DNA of 63,178 bases, filler included. It is 8 parts of 8 records of this genome, joined end to end, with 100 filler letters (N's around TTAATTAATTAA, not from the genome) between each part and the next. Parts side by side here need not be neighbours in the genome. Positions count along the whole stretch, not along the records: positions 1 to 11,298 come from SRR31147125_75537; 7 more parts are not named here. The stretch is one strand, 5' to 3'. Each line of letters begins with the position of its first letter. Within the stretch, counting starts at the first letter, position 1. The notes below the pieces were generated by a model, which saw only the letters and a list, made by a program, of their open reading frames with translations, was not told the DNA's origin and ran no database searches. Made by a program: the position numbers and the translations under genes. Shown piece by piece: positions 1-9,462 of this stretch.

Positions 1-12
1 GGGGGGACGGGG

Positions 13-2139
13 CTACGTGAGGCCGGGCAGCTGGAGCGGGTGATAAATTTTCATCCCGGTTCCCTCTGCAAGCTGGATCGAGCAGACGGAGCTCTCGGTT
101 ACGATCGCGTCGAGCCGGGCTTCCTTGAATAGCTTGAACAGTGGCTCGCCGACTGCGGAGGAGAGCTCATGGCCGAGCAGTCCCGCCTTGAGACCGAAGG
201 TCCCGCCCATGCCGCAACAGGTCCCGGTTTCGATCAGCCGAACATCGGCCCCCCGCCGCTTCAGCCAGGAGAGCGCTCCGTGTCCGGAACCGAGCGGTCG
301 CTGGTGGCAGGCACAGTGATACCCGAGCCGCATGCCGACCAGCTTTTCTGACTCAGGGCTCCGGTCTGCCTCGTTCTCCAGCCTGATCAGGTATTCGAAA
401 AATTCGTAGGAACTGCCCGCCAGCTTGCGTGCGCTGGCGTTGCCGGGCATCAGGGTCGGATACGAGACGGCCAGTGCATAGGCCGCGGTGGGTTCGGTCG
501 CGACGACGTCATAGCCAAGCTCAACCCACGGAGCGAGTTTCTCGACGTTGTAGGCCGCAGCTTTGCGCGCCCCGTCCATGTCGCCGTAGGCGATGCAGGG
601 GTAGCCGCTCACTCCCTGCTCAGGAACAATGACGTTGCAGCCGCTCCTCTCCAGTGCCTCGACCGCAGCGAAACCGAGATCCGGATCATTATGGTTTGCA
701 TACACGTCGACGAAAAAGACAACATTGTTGCCGTTGTTTCCATTCTCAATGGCAGCGGATGCTCTCCGGGCGAATCGCTTCATGAACGTGGTTGATGCAA
801 AGGATGGCAGCGTGCGGCGGGCGGAAAGTCTGATGGTTTTCTCCATCGCCTTACGCACCAGTTTGCTGGACAGCGCCGCGTTGGCGAGCGGCGCTGTGGC
901 TGAACCGAGTTTTGCCGCTTTGTCGGCACCGATCATCACCCGGTTGGCCAGCAGGTGCCCTGCTGATTTCGCGTCCTCGTGCTTGACCCCCGCGATCATG
1001 TGCGGCAGGTTAATCTTGGCCGGACAGATCTCTTTGCAGAGCCCGCAGGATATGCAGAGCTGGGCGAAATCCCCGGCTGTTTCAATACCGTGCACGCCCG
1101 CCGTCCAGCAGATCCCCATGGGGCCGGGATAGATATGGCCGAAGGTATGGCCGCCGACCACCCCGTAGGTCGGACAGGTGTTCATGCAGGCTCCGCAGCG
1201 GATGCAGTAGAGCGCCTCGCGCAGAAACGACTCCCGCATCTCGGTTCTGCCGTTGTCGAGGATGATGATGTGGGTTTCGCGGTCGTTGTCTGCACCGTCA
1301 CCGAGTTCGCATCGTCCGTGCATCCACGTCACGTAGTTGGTGGGGAGCTGCCCCGATGCACTGACCGGGTGAGCCAGGATCATCAGCAGCGCGTCCTCGA
1401 TGGTGTCGACGATTTTCTCCATCCCGATGACGCAGACGTGACAGGTGCCGATGCTCGAGACCAGCCTCCCGTTGCCTTCGTTGGTCTCGATGCAGATGCC
1501 GCCGGTTTCGGCGATCCCGATGTTGGCCCCGGTCAGCCCGATGTCTGATTTAAGGAAAATGGGCCGCAGGTATTTCCGGACGACCTTCATGATGGATGGG
1601 ATATCGTCCGCCACCTGTTCGCCGGTGACATCGGAGAAGATCTTCGCGACATCGGGCGCCATCTTGTGCACGGAGGGAAAGACGAGGTGGAACGGCCGCT
1701 CGTCGACCAGCTGGATGATCAACTCGCCGAGGTCGGTCTCAACGACGTCGATGCCCGCATCGATGAGCGGGTAATTCATCTCGATCTCTTCGGTCGTAAG
1801 CGATTTCGATTTTGCGATGATTTTTGCGGAGTGTTTTTCGGCCAGCCGCAGACAATAGGAGATGACGTCCGTCCCGTCTTTCGCCTCGATGACAGTGGCT
1901 CCGCGTTTGCGGGCATTGTCGATAAAGCGCTGCTTGAGTTCCGGTAATTCCTCGATGCAACGCTCCTTGGCTGCCCTGACGTCGTCCCTGAACGCACTGC
2001 CGCCGGGGAGTGTCTCGAGCGCCTCTTTCCTGGTATCCCGCCCCCGTTTCATGCAGCTGAGCAGCAGATCGCTCTTGGTCTGGTCCGACAACGCTTCTGC
2101 AATGTTCTGTTTCAGCGTTTCGATTCGCGCTTTTGTCAT
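13..2139 (-). CDS. lutB: LutB/LldF-type lactate utilization Fe-S protein (LUD domain plus 2x[4Fe-4S]) fused to a C-terminal GlpC-like CCG domain
   Basis: Motifs KSKS..TEE, ETDLGE, NEGNGR, CIRCGACMNTCP and CISCGLCKEICP are present. The C-terminal region has YHCACH and CCGMGGTFG. Start moved to the ATG at 2139 (MTKARIE) to avoid overlap with lutC. Confidence 0.85.
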   Translation of the reverse strand: MTKARIETLKQNIAEALSDQTKSDLLLSCMKRGRDTRKEALETLPGGSAFRDDVRAAKERCIEELPELKQRFIDNARKRGATVIEAKDGTDVISYCLRLAEKHSAKIIAKSKSLTTEEIEMNYPLIDAGIDVVETDLGELIIQLVDERPFHLVFPSVHKMAPDVAKIFSDVTGEQVADDIPSIMKVVRKYLRPIFLKSDIGLTGANIGIAETGGICIETNEGNGRLVSSIGTCHVCVIGMEKIVDTIEDALLMILAHPVSASGQLPTNYVTWMHGRCELGDGADNDRETHIIILDNGRTEMRESFLREALYCIRCGACMNTCPTYGVVGGHTFGHIYPGPMGICWTAGVHGIETAGDFAQLCISCGLCKEICPAKINLPHMIAGVKHEDAKSAGHLLANRVMIGADKAAKLGSATAPLANAALSSKLVRKAMEKTIRLSARRTLPSFASTTFMKRFARRASAAIENGNNGNNVVFFVDVYANHNDPDLGFAAVEALERSGCNVIVPEQGVSGYPCIAYGDMDGARKAAAYNVEKLAPWVELGYDVVATEPTAAYALAVSYPTLMPGNASARKLAGSSYEFFEYLIRLENEADRSPESEKLVGMRLGYHCACHQRPLGSGHGALSWLKRRGADVRLIETGTCCGMGGTFGLKAGLLGHELSSAVGEPLFKLFKEARLDAIVTESSVCSIQLAEGTGMKIYHPLQLPGLT

Positions 2140-2167
2140 AGCCGTCACCGTGGGTTGATGGGGGGGA

Positions 2168-2728
2168 TCAGCGGTTCTCTTCAGAGATGATGATGGCATG
2201 CGCCTCTTCCGGGCCGTGCACGCCGAGGGTCAGTTTGAGCTCGATATCACCGGTCCGGCTTGGCCCCGAGATAAAGCTGATGACGACATCGTCTCCGGAG
2301 CGGTTGATGATCTCTCGAATCCGTTCGCTTGCATCGAAGTACGCATCAATGATGTCCGACTCCCGCAGGATGCCGAAATGGGTGGCGGGCAGGCTTGACA
2401 CGAGGCGTACCGCATCGTTGTCGGAAACCTCGACCATCGTGCCGGACTGCGCGATCGCGAACTCCATCGACGTAACGCCGATGTCTGCTCTGTCGATAGC
2501 CAGCGGCAGGGAAGCGGCGGGGTATGGCTCTGTCAGTACCTCGATGTCCGGGCCGCAGTTCGATCGGATCAGCTCGACCAGTGAACCGGGGAGTCCGGCG
2601 AGGGCGATGCAGCCGGCCTCCTTGCGGCGGCAGAGATCGGCGATGATACCGGCTGCTTCGGCGTCGCTTGCGACGCGGTGGGATATTCCGTGGAGCTTTT
2701 CGAAATTCTCGCTGAAAGAATAGTTCAT
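2168..2728 (-). CDS. lutC: LutC/YkgG-family LUD-domain protein
   Basis: Motif ISGPSRTGDIELKLTLGVHGP, plus AIAQSGT and SSLPATH. Adjacent to lutB. Confidence 0.9.
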   Translation of the reverse strand: MNYSFSENFEKLHGISHRVASDAEAAGIIADLCRRKEAGCIALAGLPGSLVELIRSNCGPDIEVLTEPYPAASLPLAIDRADIGVTSMEFAIAQSGTMVEVSDNDAVRLVSSLPATHFGILRESDIIDAYFDASERIREIINRSGDDVVISFISGPSRTGDIELKLTLGVHGPEEAHAIIISEENR

Positions 2729-2759
2729 GGATGCCCCTCCGATGGTCTTCCTGTAGCCC

Positions 2760-3062
2760 TCAGGTGTTGAGTTTGTCCACTACGCTGTCGATCTTGTCGT
2801 TCATGGTCTGCTCTTTGTCGGTGCGGGTCCCGACCTTGATCGAGCTGGTGAGTCGCGGAACCCCCATCTCGTGGAGCGTGTCATGGCATTTCCTGACGGC
2901 TTCGAATACCTCATCCCATTCACCTTCGATATTGGTGCCGTAGGCGTGCAGATTGGTCTTCAGGCCTGCCTCCTCGAAAATTTCATGGCAGGCGGCGATA
3001 TACTTGGAAACGGACAAACCGACGCCGAAAGGCGATACGGTCAGATCCACGATTACCTTCAT
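2760..3062 (-). CDS. MTH1187/YqgV-family thiamine-binding protein
   Basis: Motifs SVSKYIA, HAYGTNIEGEWDEV and KVGTRTDK. About 100 aa from the ATG at 3062. Confidence 0.9.
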   Translation of the reverse strand: MKVIVDLTVSPFGVGLSVSKYIAACHEIFEEAGLKTNLHAYGTNIEGEWDEVFEAVRKCHDTLHEMGVPRLTSSIKVGTRTDKEQTMNDKIDSVVDKLNT

Positions 3063-3181
3063 AGGGTCCCTCGTTTGTTCTGAGATACGGAGAAGTGGCT
3101 CACGGGTTGTGCGCCGGCCGATGCAGGTCGGTGCCACCTGTTATTATACATCTTTTTGAATGGTGAATGGAATTTATTTGA

Positions 3182-3211
3182 TTGTCATAACCAGCCGTTT
3201 CACGGTATGAT
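3182..3211 (+). promoter_or_regulatory. Putative sigma70 promoter for the chelatase operon
   Basis: TTGTCA-18 bp-TATGAT, about 50 bp upstream of the ATG at 3265. Confidence 0.4.
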
Positions 3212-3264
3212 GGCGCGGCTGGTCTTACCAGAGTTGGATACCAAGAAACTTTTACTTACGAACC

Positions 3265-4452
3265 ATGAAACGACATAGCTTTCCGTTCAGTGCGATAGTA
3301 GGGCAGGAGAAACTGAAGACGGGCCTGCTGCTCAACGCGGTTGACCCGTCAATCGGCGGTATTCTCGTCAGCGGACACAAGGGAACCGGCAAATCCACGG
3401 CAGTAAGAGCCCTGGCGGGTGTACTCCCGGAAATCGACGTGGTGGCTGGCTGCCCGTACAATTGCGATCCCGCCGACGCGGATACCTTCTGTGTGTCATG
3501 CACTGAGAGATATCATGCTGGTGAGCAGCTTCCTTCGACCACGAGGCCGATGCCGCTGATCGAACTCCCGCTCAGTGCGACGGAGGACCGGGTGATCGGC
3601 ACCCTGCACGTGGAGCAGATCCTGAAAACCGGTGAGCGTACCTTCGAACCCGGCCTTCTGGCGGCAGCGAATCGCGGGATCCTCTACGTGGACGAGGTAA
3701 ACCTGCTCGACGACCACCTGGTCGACATCCTGCTCGATGCCGCCGCGTCGGGAATAAACAACGTGGAACGAGAGGGAATATCCTATACTCACCCGTCCCA
3801 GTTCATGCTGATCGGCACGATGAACCCGGAGGAGGGGGAGCTGCGTCCGCAGTTCCTCGACCGCTTCGGGCTGAGCCTCTCGGTCAACGGGGTTGACAAC
3901 AGCGCGCTGCGATCGATGGTGGTTAACCGGAGAATCTCGTTCGACACCGATTCCGACACCTTTGCCACGGGGTTTCACGAAGACGAATCGCTGCTGACCG
4001 CCCAGGTCCGCACGGCCCGCTCGACACTGCTCGACACGGTTGTTCCCGACGAAATGGTGACGCTGGCCGTGGCTCTTTCCACCGAAGCCCGAGCCCAGGG
4101 GCATCGGGCTGAAATCGGCATCATCAAGGCCGGCCGGGCACTGGCTGCATTTCTTGAGGCCGGCAGGGTGGAGCCCGAGCATATCATCGAGGCCGCCCGC
4201 TTTGTACTCCCGCACCGGATTACAACGCTTTCCTTTGCTACCGGTGAGCAACTCGACGAGGCCCTTGAAGACATCTTCAAGAAGGTCCTCGACGAAGAGT
4301 CGGCTGAGGAACAGGGAGCCTCCGCAGATGAACCGGATGAGTGGGAGGACCTCGACAAGACGGTTCCCGGAGCCAATGCGGCTTCGCATGTCAGTATGCT
4401 CTTCACGTTCATGGCCGAAAAAAAAAAGCGGTCTATGAGCCCGATACGTTGA
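3265..4452 (+). CDS. Mg/Co-chelatase AAA+ subunit (ChlI/BchI-like), the 0-frame product of a chlD-like gene
   Basis: Motifs [19 protein letters not shown] (Walker A), [28 protein letters not shown] and [19 protein letters not shown], followed by an acidic tail. Confidence 0.9.
   Translation: MKRHSFPFSAIVGQEKLKTGLLLNAVDPSIGGILVSGHKGTGKSTAVRALAGVLPEIDVVAGCPYNCDPADADTFCVSCTERYHAGEQLPSTTRPMPLIELPLSATEDRVIGTLHVEQILKTGERTFEPGLLAAANRGILYVDEVNLLDDHLVDILLDAAASGINNVEREGISYTHPSQFMLIGTMNPEEGELRPQFLDRFGLSLSVNGVDNSALRSMVVNRRISFDTDSDTFATGFHEDESLLTAQVRTARSTLLDTVVPDEMVTLAVALSTEARAQGHRAEIGIIKAGRALAAFLEAGRVEPEHIIEAARFVLPHRITTLSFATGEQLDEALEDIFKKVLDEESAEEQGASADEPDEWEDLDKTVPGANAASHVSMLFTFMAEKKKRSMSPIR
4417..4428 (+). 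other. Slippery site GAA AAA AAA AAG (A10-G), candidate -1 programmed frameshift or transcriptional slippage site
   Basis: A run at 4418-4427. The 0-frame stops 8 codons later, while the -1 frame continues into the VWA domain. Confidence 0.6.
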
Positions 4453-5282
4453 TCTGCGTCGACAGCCTCAATCTCGACTCCCTCCAGGTAGACGGAAAAT
4501 TCAGGGGCAGGGCCCGGACGGTCCGATCCCAGTCCATCAACGGCAGGTATGTGAAGGCCGCCCCGGTTGTTGACGGGGATCGGGGATACGCTGTTGCCGC
4601 CGATGCGACCATTCGCTCTGCGCTGCTGAGGCAGGCGGGAAACGGAGGCGTCGAGAGGCTGGCGGTGATCCCCTCGGACCTGCACAAGAAGGTCTACCAG
4701 CGTTCCGTCAAGTCCCTGATCGTGTTCGTGGTTGACTCCTCCGAGTCGATGGGGGACGAGGGGGCGCAGGCGCGCATTCGCTCCGCCAAGGGGACGATCC
4801 TCGGTATTCTGACCACGGCGTACCAGAAACGCTACCGGGTAGGGCTGATCTCGTTTTACGATGAATCGGCCGAGGTCGTCCTCCAGCCTACCTCGAGTGT
4901 GGCCCAGGCCCGCAGGAGTCTGCACGCGCTTCCGGTCGGAGGGGCGACTCCTTTTGCCCATGGCTTGATGAAGGCGTGGCAGATGATCAGAACGGAACGG
5001 GTCAAGGATGAGGACATCAGGCCCCTGCTGGTGGTTCTCTCCGACGGTGAGGCCAATGTCCCCTACGACAGCAGGGTGCCACACCACCGGATCGGCGAAG
5101 AACTGATCCGGATCGGCGGTCGGATCGGCAGTGATGATATTTCGTCGCTCGTGATCGAGACACGGCCGCTGAGGAAGCCGTCGGCGACGATGCGCAAATT
5201 GGCTGAGTCGCTCGGGGGAAGATACTATCATAGCGCCGTTTTCAAGAACGCGGATCTGCTTCAGGCGGTGGCGGATTTTTAA
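4422..5282 (+). CDS. ChlD-type linker plus VWA domain, in the -1 frame relative to the AAA+ ORF
   Basis: Motifs [33 protein letters not shown] (MIDAS), [10 protein letters not shown] and VLSDGEAN. No convincing start codon or RBS of its own before the conserved region. Confidence 0.85.
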   Translation, partial: KKAVYEPDTLICVDSLNLDSLQVDGKFRGRARTVRSQSINGRYVKAAPVVDGDRGYAVAADATIRSALLRQAGNGGVERLAVIPSDLHKKVYQRSVKSLIVFVVDSSESMGDEGAQARIRSAKGTILGILTTAYQKRYRVGLISFYDESAEVVLQPTSSVAQARRSLHALPVGGATPFAHGLMKAWQMIRTERVKDEDIRPLLVVLSDGEANVPYDSRVPHHRIGEELIRIGGRIGSDDISSLVIETRPLRKPSATMRKLAESLGGRYYHSAVFKNADLLQAVADF

Positions 5283-5311
5283 AGCCCAGCGAACGAGAAA
5301 GGACGAATCAA

Positions 5312-6601
5312 ATGGAACAGGGACATAAATCATACGGGCCAGCGTGGCTCGCCTGGCTGATGTGGGGGCTCGTCGCCGTACTTTACTGTATCGGTTTCTT
5401 CCAGCGCATGGCCCCGGCCGTCCTGGCCGAAGACCTGATGCGCGACTTCCAGCTCGATGGGGCATTGCTCGGTAATCTATCGGCAGGTTATTTCTATGCA
5501 TATGCGCTCATGCAGATTCCGACCGGTCTGCTGGTCGACCAGATCGGTGCACGGCGGCTCGCATCCATTGCCTGTGCGACCACCGCGGCGGGGATCCTCC
5601 TGTTCAGCTTCGGTTCTTCGTTGTGGTTCGTCTACATTGGCAGATTCGTGGTCGGGGCATCGGTGGCTGTAGCATGGGTCACCTGCATGAAGCTGGCCGG
5701 CCACTGGTTTCCGTCAAACCGCTTTGCGACGGTGACCGGCGTGGCGCTGATCTTCGGCAACGTCGGCGGGATCATGGCCGGCGTGCCGCTGGCTTATGCG
5801 ATGGAGCTGGTGGGCTGGCGAATGGCGATGGGAGCCAGCGGGTTTCTGATGGTGGTGCTGGGGATTGCGACCTGGGCCGTACTCAGGGATGATCCCGGGG
5901 AGTATGGATATCGGAGCCACGCTCATGCGAAGGTGCTCGACGAGGGGAACCTGCCGGCAGGCCGTGCGCTCCTGTCGGTGGTATTGAACCGGAATACCTG
6001 GCTGCTCTTCTTTGCAGGCGGGCTGTCGACGTCGCCGCTGCTCGTGTTCGCCGGACTCTGGGGCGTCCCCTACTTGACCCAGATTTACCAGCTGGAGGTT
6101 GCGACGGCGGCACTGCTGACCTCCTCCATGCTGGTATCGCTGGCGTTGAGCGGCCTGTTCTTCGGTTTCATCTCTGACCGGATCGGTCTGCGGAAGATGC
6201 CGTATCTGATTGGAGCCACCATCACCTCCCTCCTGTGGGCCGTATTCCTGTTCGTGAAGGTTCCGTACCTGATGCTTTTCCCGCTGCTGGCCGGGATCGG
6301 CCTGGCCACGGGGGCGATGATCATCGGGTTCGCGACCGCCCGCGAGGTGAATCACCCGGGCGCGGCCGGTACCGTCGGCGGAGTCGTGAACATGTCGGTG
6401 CTCGGCGTCGCCGCGATCATGCAGCCGGCGGTGGGCAAAATGCTCGATGCCCGCTGGGACGGCGTATTGGTCGACGGTGCCCGGGTCTACAGCGAGGCCG
6501 CCTATCACTCGGCGTTTATCTGGCTGTTCATCAGCACGGTTATTGCGGTTATCATGGTCGCACTGACGCGGGAGACTTACTGCCGCCCGGTCGACAGCTG
6601 A
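5312..6601 (+). CDS. MFS transporter
   Basis: About 12 hydrophobic segments with GLLVDQIGARR and GFISDRIGLRK (motif A). RBS AAGGA upstream. Confidence 0.9.
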   Translation: MEQGHKSYGPAWLAWLMWGLVAVLYCIGFFQRMAPAVLAEDLMRDFQLDGALLGNLSAGYFYAYALMQIPTGLLVDQIGARRLASIACATTAAGILLFSFGSSLWFVYIGRFVVGASVAVAWVTCMKLAGHWFPSNRFATVTGVALIFGNVGGIMAGVPLAYAMELVGWRMAMGASGFLMVVLGIATWAVLRDDPGEYGYRSHAHAKVLDEGNLPAGRALLSVVLNRNTWLLFFAGGLSTSPLLVFAGLWGVPYLTQIYQLEVATAALLTSSMLVSLALSGLFFGFISDRIGLRKMPYLIGATITSLLWAVFLFVKVPYLMLFPLLAGIGLATGAMIIGFATAREVNHPGAAGTVGGVVNMSVLGVAAIMQPAVGKMLDARWDGVLVDGARVYSEAAYHSAFIWLFISTVIAVIMVALTRETYCRPVDS

Positions 6602-6666
6602 GCGAAAAGATCTGCCGGCCTGGCCGCATTGGGAAAATTACTATTAAACAGCGGTATGTACTCTCA

Positions 6667-8034
6667 ATGAATAGAGATTTATTTGAAATCAGAGACTTCT
6701 TACTTCTCTATCCGCCGTTCGATACGTTACCTGTCGAGTCTGTCGATCATGCCGTATCCTCGGTGGAGGTTTCATATTTCAGGGCAGGAAGCGATATACT
6801 GCGGTACGGTGACGAGATCCACCATCTCTTTGTGATCCGGAGTGGCGCTGTGGAGATATACCGCCGCAACGGCACCTTGTTCAATCGGCTTGAGCAGGGT
6901 GGTCTTTTCGGTCAGATGGGCTTGCTGATGAATAATCTGGTGCAGTTGCAGGCCCGGGCCATTGAGGACACCCTCGTCTACCGTTTACCTGAAGCTGTAT
7001 TTCATGATTTTTGTGCCCGATACGAAGAATTTTCAGACTTTGTAGAACTGGAAAACAGCAACCGGCTTCATCAGGTTGTCGCTACTGTCGGTGGAAACGA
7101 TCTGACGACGGCAAAAATTAAGAGTCTGCTTACTCGCGACCCGGTGATCCTGTCCGGACAAACGACGATTCAGCGCGCCGCACAAACCATGGCCGAAGAA
7201 AATGTTTCCGCGGTCCTGGTCGGAGAGAAAAAAGAGTGGTGCGGACAAGGACAAGAGAAAAAACAGATATACGGTATTCTGACGGATAAGGACATCTGTA
7301 ATCGAATTCTTGTTTCCGGCCTCCCTTACGACACACCTGCCGTCGATGTTATGACATCGGAGTTGTTCACACTTGATCATAACGCCTACGTGTATGAAGC
7401 AATGCTGTTGATGTTACGGCACAACATCAAACACCTGCCCATCATGAAAGAGAAATGGCCTGTCGGGGTTGCAGAACTCACCGACATCGTCCGTTATGAA
7501 TCCCAGAACAGTTTATTGCTGGTCAACACGATTTTTCAACAATCGTCTGTAGAAGATCTTGAAATACTGTCACATCAGGTCAAAGACTGTTTCGCCCGTA
7601 TGGTCAATGAAGATGCCAATTCTCATATGGTTGGCAGCGCAATGGCGGTTATCGGGAGAAGCTTTATTCAAAGGCTTACAGAACTGGCCGAGGAATTATT
7701 AGGTCCCCCTCCAGTTCCTTACTGCTTCCTCTCCTTTGGCTCTATGGCCCGGGATGAGCAACTCTTTATTACCGCTCAGGATAACGGCCTGATGCTTGAT
7801 GACTCATATCATCCGGATAATCATGGGCCCTATTTTGAACAGATGGCCACTATCGTCTGCAAAGGGCTGGCCGGATGCGGATATGAGTTGTGTTCCGGAA
7901 ATATAATGGCAACCAACCCGGAATGGAGAAAGACAAGGACGGGGTGGAAAAACTGTTTCGGAGAGTGGATTGATGATCCTCATCCGCAGGCCCTGCTCAA
8001 CAATTCCATTTTTTTCGATTTGGAAGGGGTGTGA
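6667..8034 (+). pseudogene. cNMP-binding + CBS + nucleotidyltransferase-like (DUF294) protein, truncated before most of DUF294_C
   Basis: Motifs IRSGAVE, a CBS pair, GSMARDEQ..TAQDNG and GYELCSGNIMATNPEW. Ends abruptly at FFDLEGV-TGA. Confidence 0.75.
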
Positions 8035-8770
8035 CAACAGCATCTCTCTTCGTGAGGTGGCGCACCTGATGGCGCGTTCCTACCAGGGTCTCAAGATGAT
8101 CACCACCCACAGTATGAGCGACGGTGAGGTGACGTTTTTCCGGGGCCGGCAGCCTGGAAGCTCTGTTAACGCAGACCCATGCGCAGGTATTGTTAATGAT
8201 GGTTATCGCTCAAAGTGTCAATCCCGGGGTTCTGTGCGTACACGGTGGCATCCCCAGTGTGACCGGTGAAGGCGGTACTCTTTCCTACAGCTCACCCCAC
8301 CAGACTTACATCAATGCGGCGATGGCTCGGGTCAACACATGGATTACCGGATTCCCCTCCGCCCAGACCGGCGGGAGCACCAGCCTGTCCGAGGTGACTC
8401 CCCAGGCGATTCTTGAATCAGAGTTGAGCCGAAATTCGTTGCGCACGTATGGGGTCCATATCCTGCGTCATGCGATGGGGGCCCTGGGGGATCTCAATTT
8501 CTTCAGTATGGAAAAATTTGTGGAAGACTGCGAGCGTGAACGTCATTCCATGACGATTTTTGAAACATACCCTGCAACCGGTGGGACGCTCTCTCTGTAC
8601 TTTCCGGCGGATGACCATGCACTCGAGGGGATTCGGGAGGTTGCAGAGAGAGGCAACCCGAAAAATGCTGAGCATACGCTGAAAAATGTCGACTCATTTC
8701 GGCAGTGGGAGAAACGTATACCCGCTGCCGCGGAACAGAAACGTGACAGCCCACAACTCAAAGATACACT
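8030..8770 (+). pseudogene. Fragmented trimethylamine methyltransferase (MttB-family) gene, non-pyrrolysine type
   Basis: The frame containing 8148 reads GSLEALLTQTHAQVLLMMVIAQSVNPG..GGIPSV..GFPSAQTGGST..PQAILE..HILRHAMGAL..SMEKFVEDCE. This matches the C-terminal half of MttB. The N-terminus and a middle part are missing. Confidence 0.6.
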
Positions 8771-9450
8771 TATGGCGGCTTATGGCGATGGAACGGTAAA
8801 CAGGTGCAGGGGGACGGGCAATAATCGTTCATTGTCGTCAGGTCCCGCTCATTGCAGTACCCTTTTGAGATATATCCGTTCTCAAAACCTTTCCGGGTTA
8901 AGACCTGCAGGTGGGTATGATAAAACCAGTTGCCGTTTTCATGGAAGTCACCGATCTCGGCAAAGGGCTGACCGGCGGGTACGGCCGTTCCTTCTTTTGG
9001 CAAAGAGTCGCTTCGAAGATGCCCGTAAAAACTATAAAAAGTGGTGAAGTGCCGGCTGTCATGACGGAGCAGGACAAATCCGCCGTAGTTGCCTTCCCCG
9101 CTTTCATACCCGCACTCCTCGACAACCGCGTCGAGCGGGGCATGGAGCGGGGTTCTCAGGGGGACGATGATGTCGAGTCCCAGATGAATAAAGCGTTTTT
9201 CCTCAACCATCTGGGGGCAGTCTCCCAACAGGGTGTCCCGTCTCTCGAGATATGAAGAGAGTCCCCAGCTGAATCGGTCGTCCATTTCCCTTTCGAGGAT
9301 GTGCTGGAATGTCTTCTGGTCGCGCACGTCCACCCCTTGAAGCAGGGGGCTGGATGGTGACATATCAGCAACCAGCGGGTCTCCTTTGATATCCGGGAAG
9401 ATGGGAGACAGGTTCACCTTGTTGCTATAGATAAGATAGGGGTATTGCAT
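8770..9450 (-). CDS. M23-family metallopeptidase-like protein without a signal peptide
   Basis: Motifs HLGLD (HxxxD), GNYGG, YGHL and HTHLQ (HxH). The last codons are probably shifted by a homopolymer error at 8809-8813; adding one C gives CPSPLHLFTVPSP*. Confidence 0.85.
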   Translation of the reverse strand: MQYPYLIYSNKVNLSPIFPDIKGDPLVADMSPSSPLLQGVDVRDQKTFQHILEREMDDRFSWGLSSYLERRDTLLGDCPQMVEEKRFIHLGLDIIVPLRTPLHAPLDAVVEECGYESGEGNYGGFVLLRHDSRHFTTFYSFYGHLRSDSLPKEGTAVPAGQPFAEIGDFHENGNWFYHTHLQVLTRKGFENGYISKGYCNERDLTTMNDYCPSPCTCLPFHRHKPP

Positions 9451-9462
9451 CGATTATCCTCG

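Noticed and set aside
3496-5501. Long antisense ORFs (3496-4389 and 3975-5501; also 5714-6508 and 49657-50649)
   Set aside because: They are shadow frames of GC-rich genes with no recognisable motifs.
8032-8034. TGA ending DUF294 as a selenocysteine or readthrough codon
   Set aside because: The frame hits another TGA within 7 codons, the downstream sequence is not DUF294_C-like, and no SECIS-like hairpin is evident.
8340-8420. Pyrrolysine in the MttB remnant
   Set aside because: The region equivalent to the Pyl site reads GFPSAQTGGSTSL with no in-frame TAG.
8770-9047. C-terminal extension of ORF 8190-9047
   Set aside because: It is antisense to the M23 gene and has no MttB-like character, so it is read-through of a truncated remnant.
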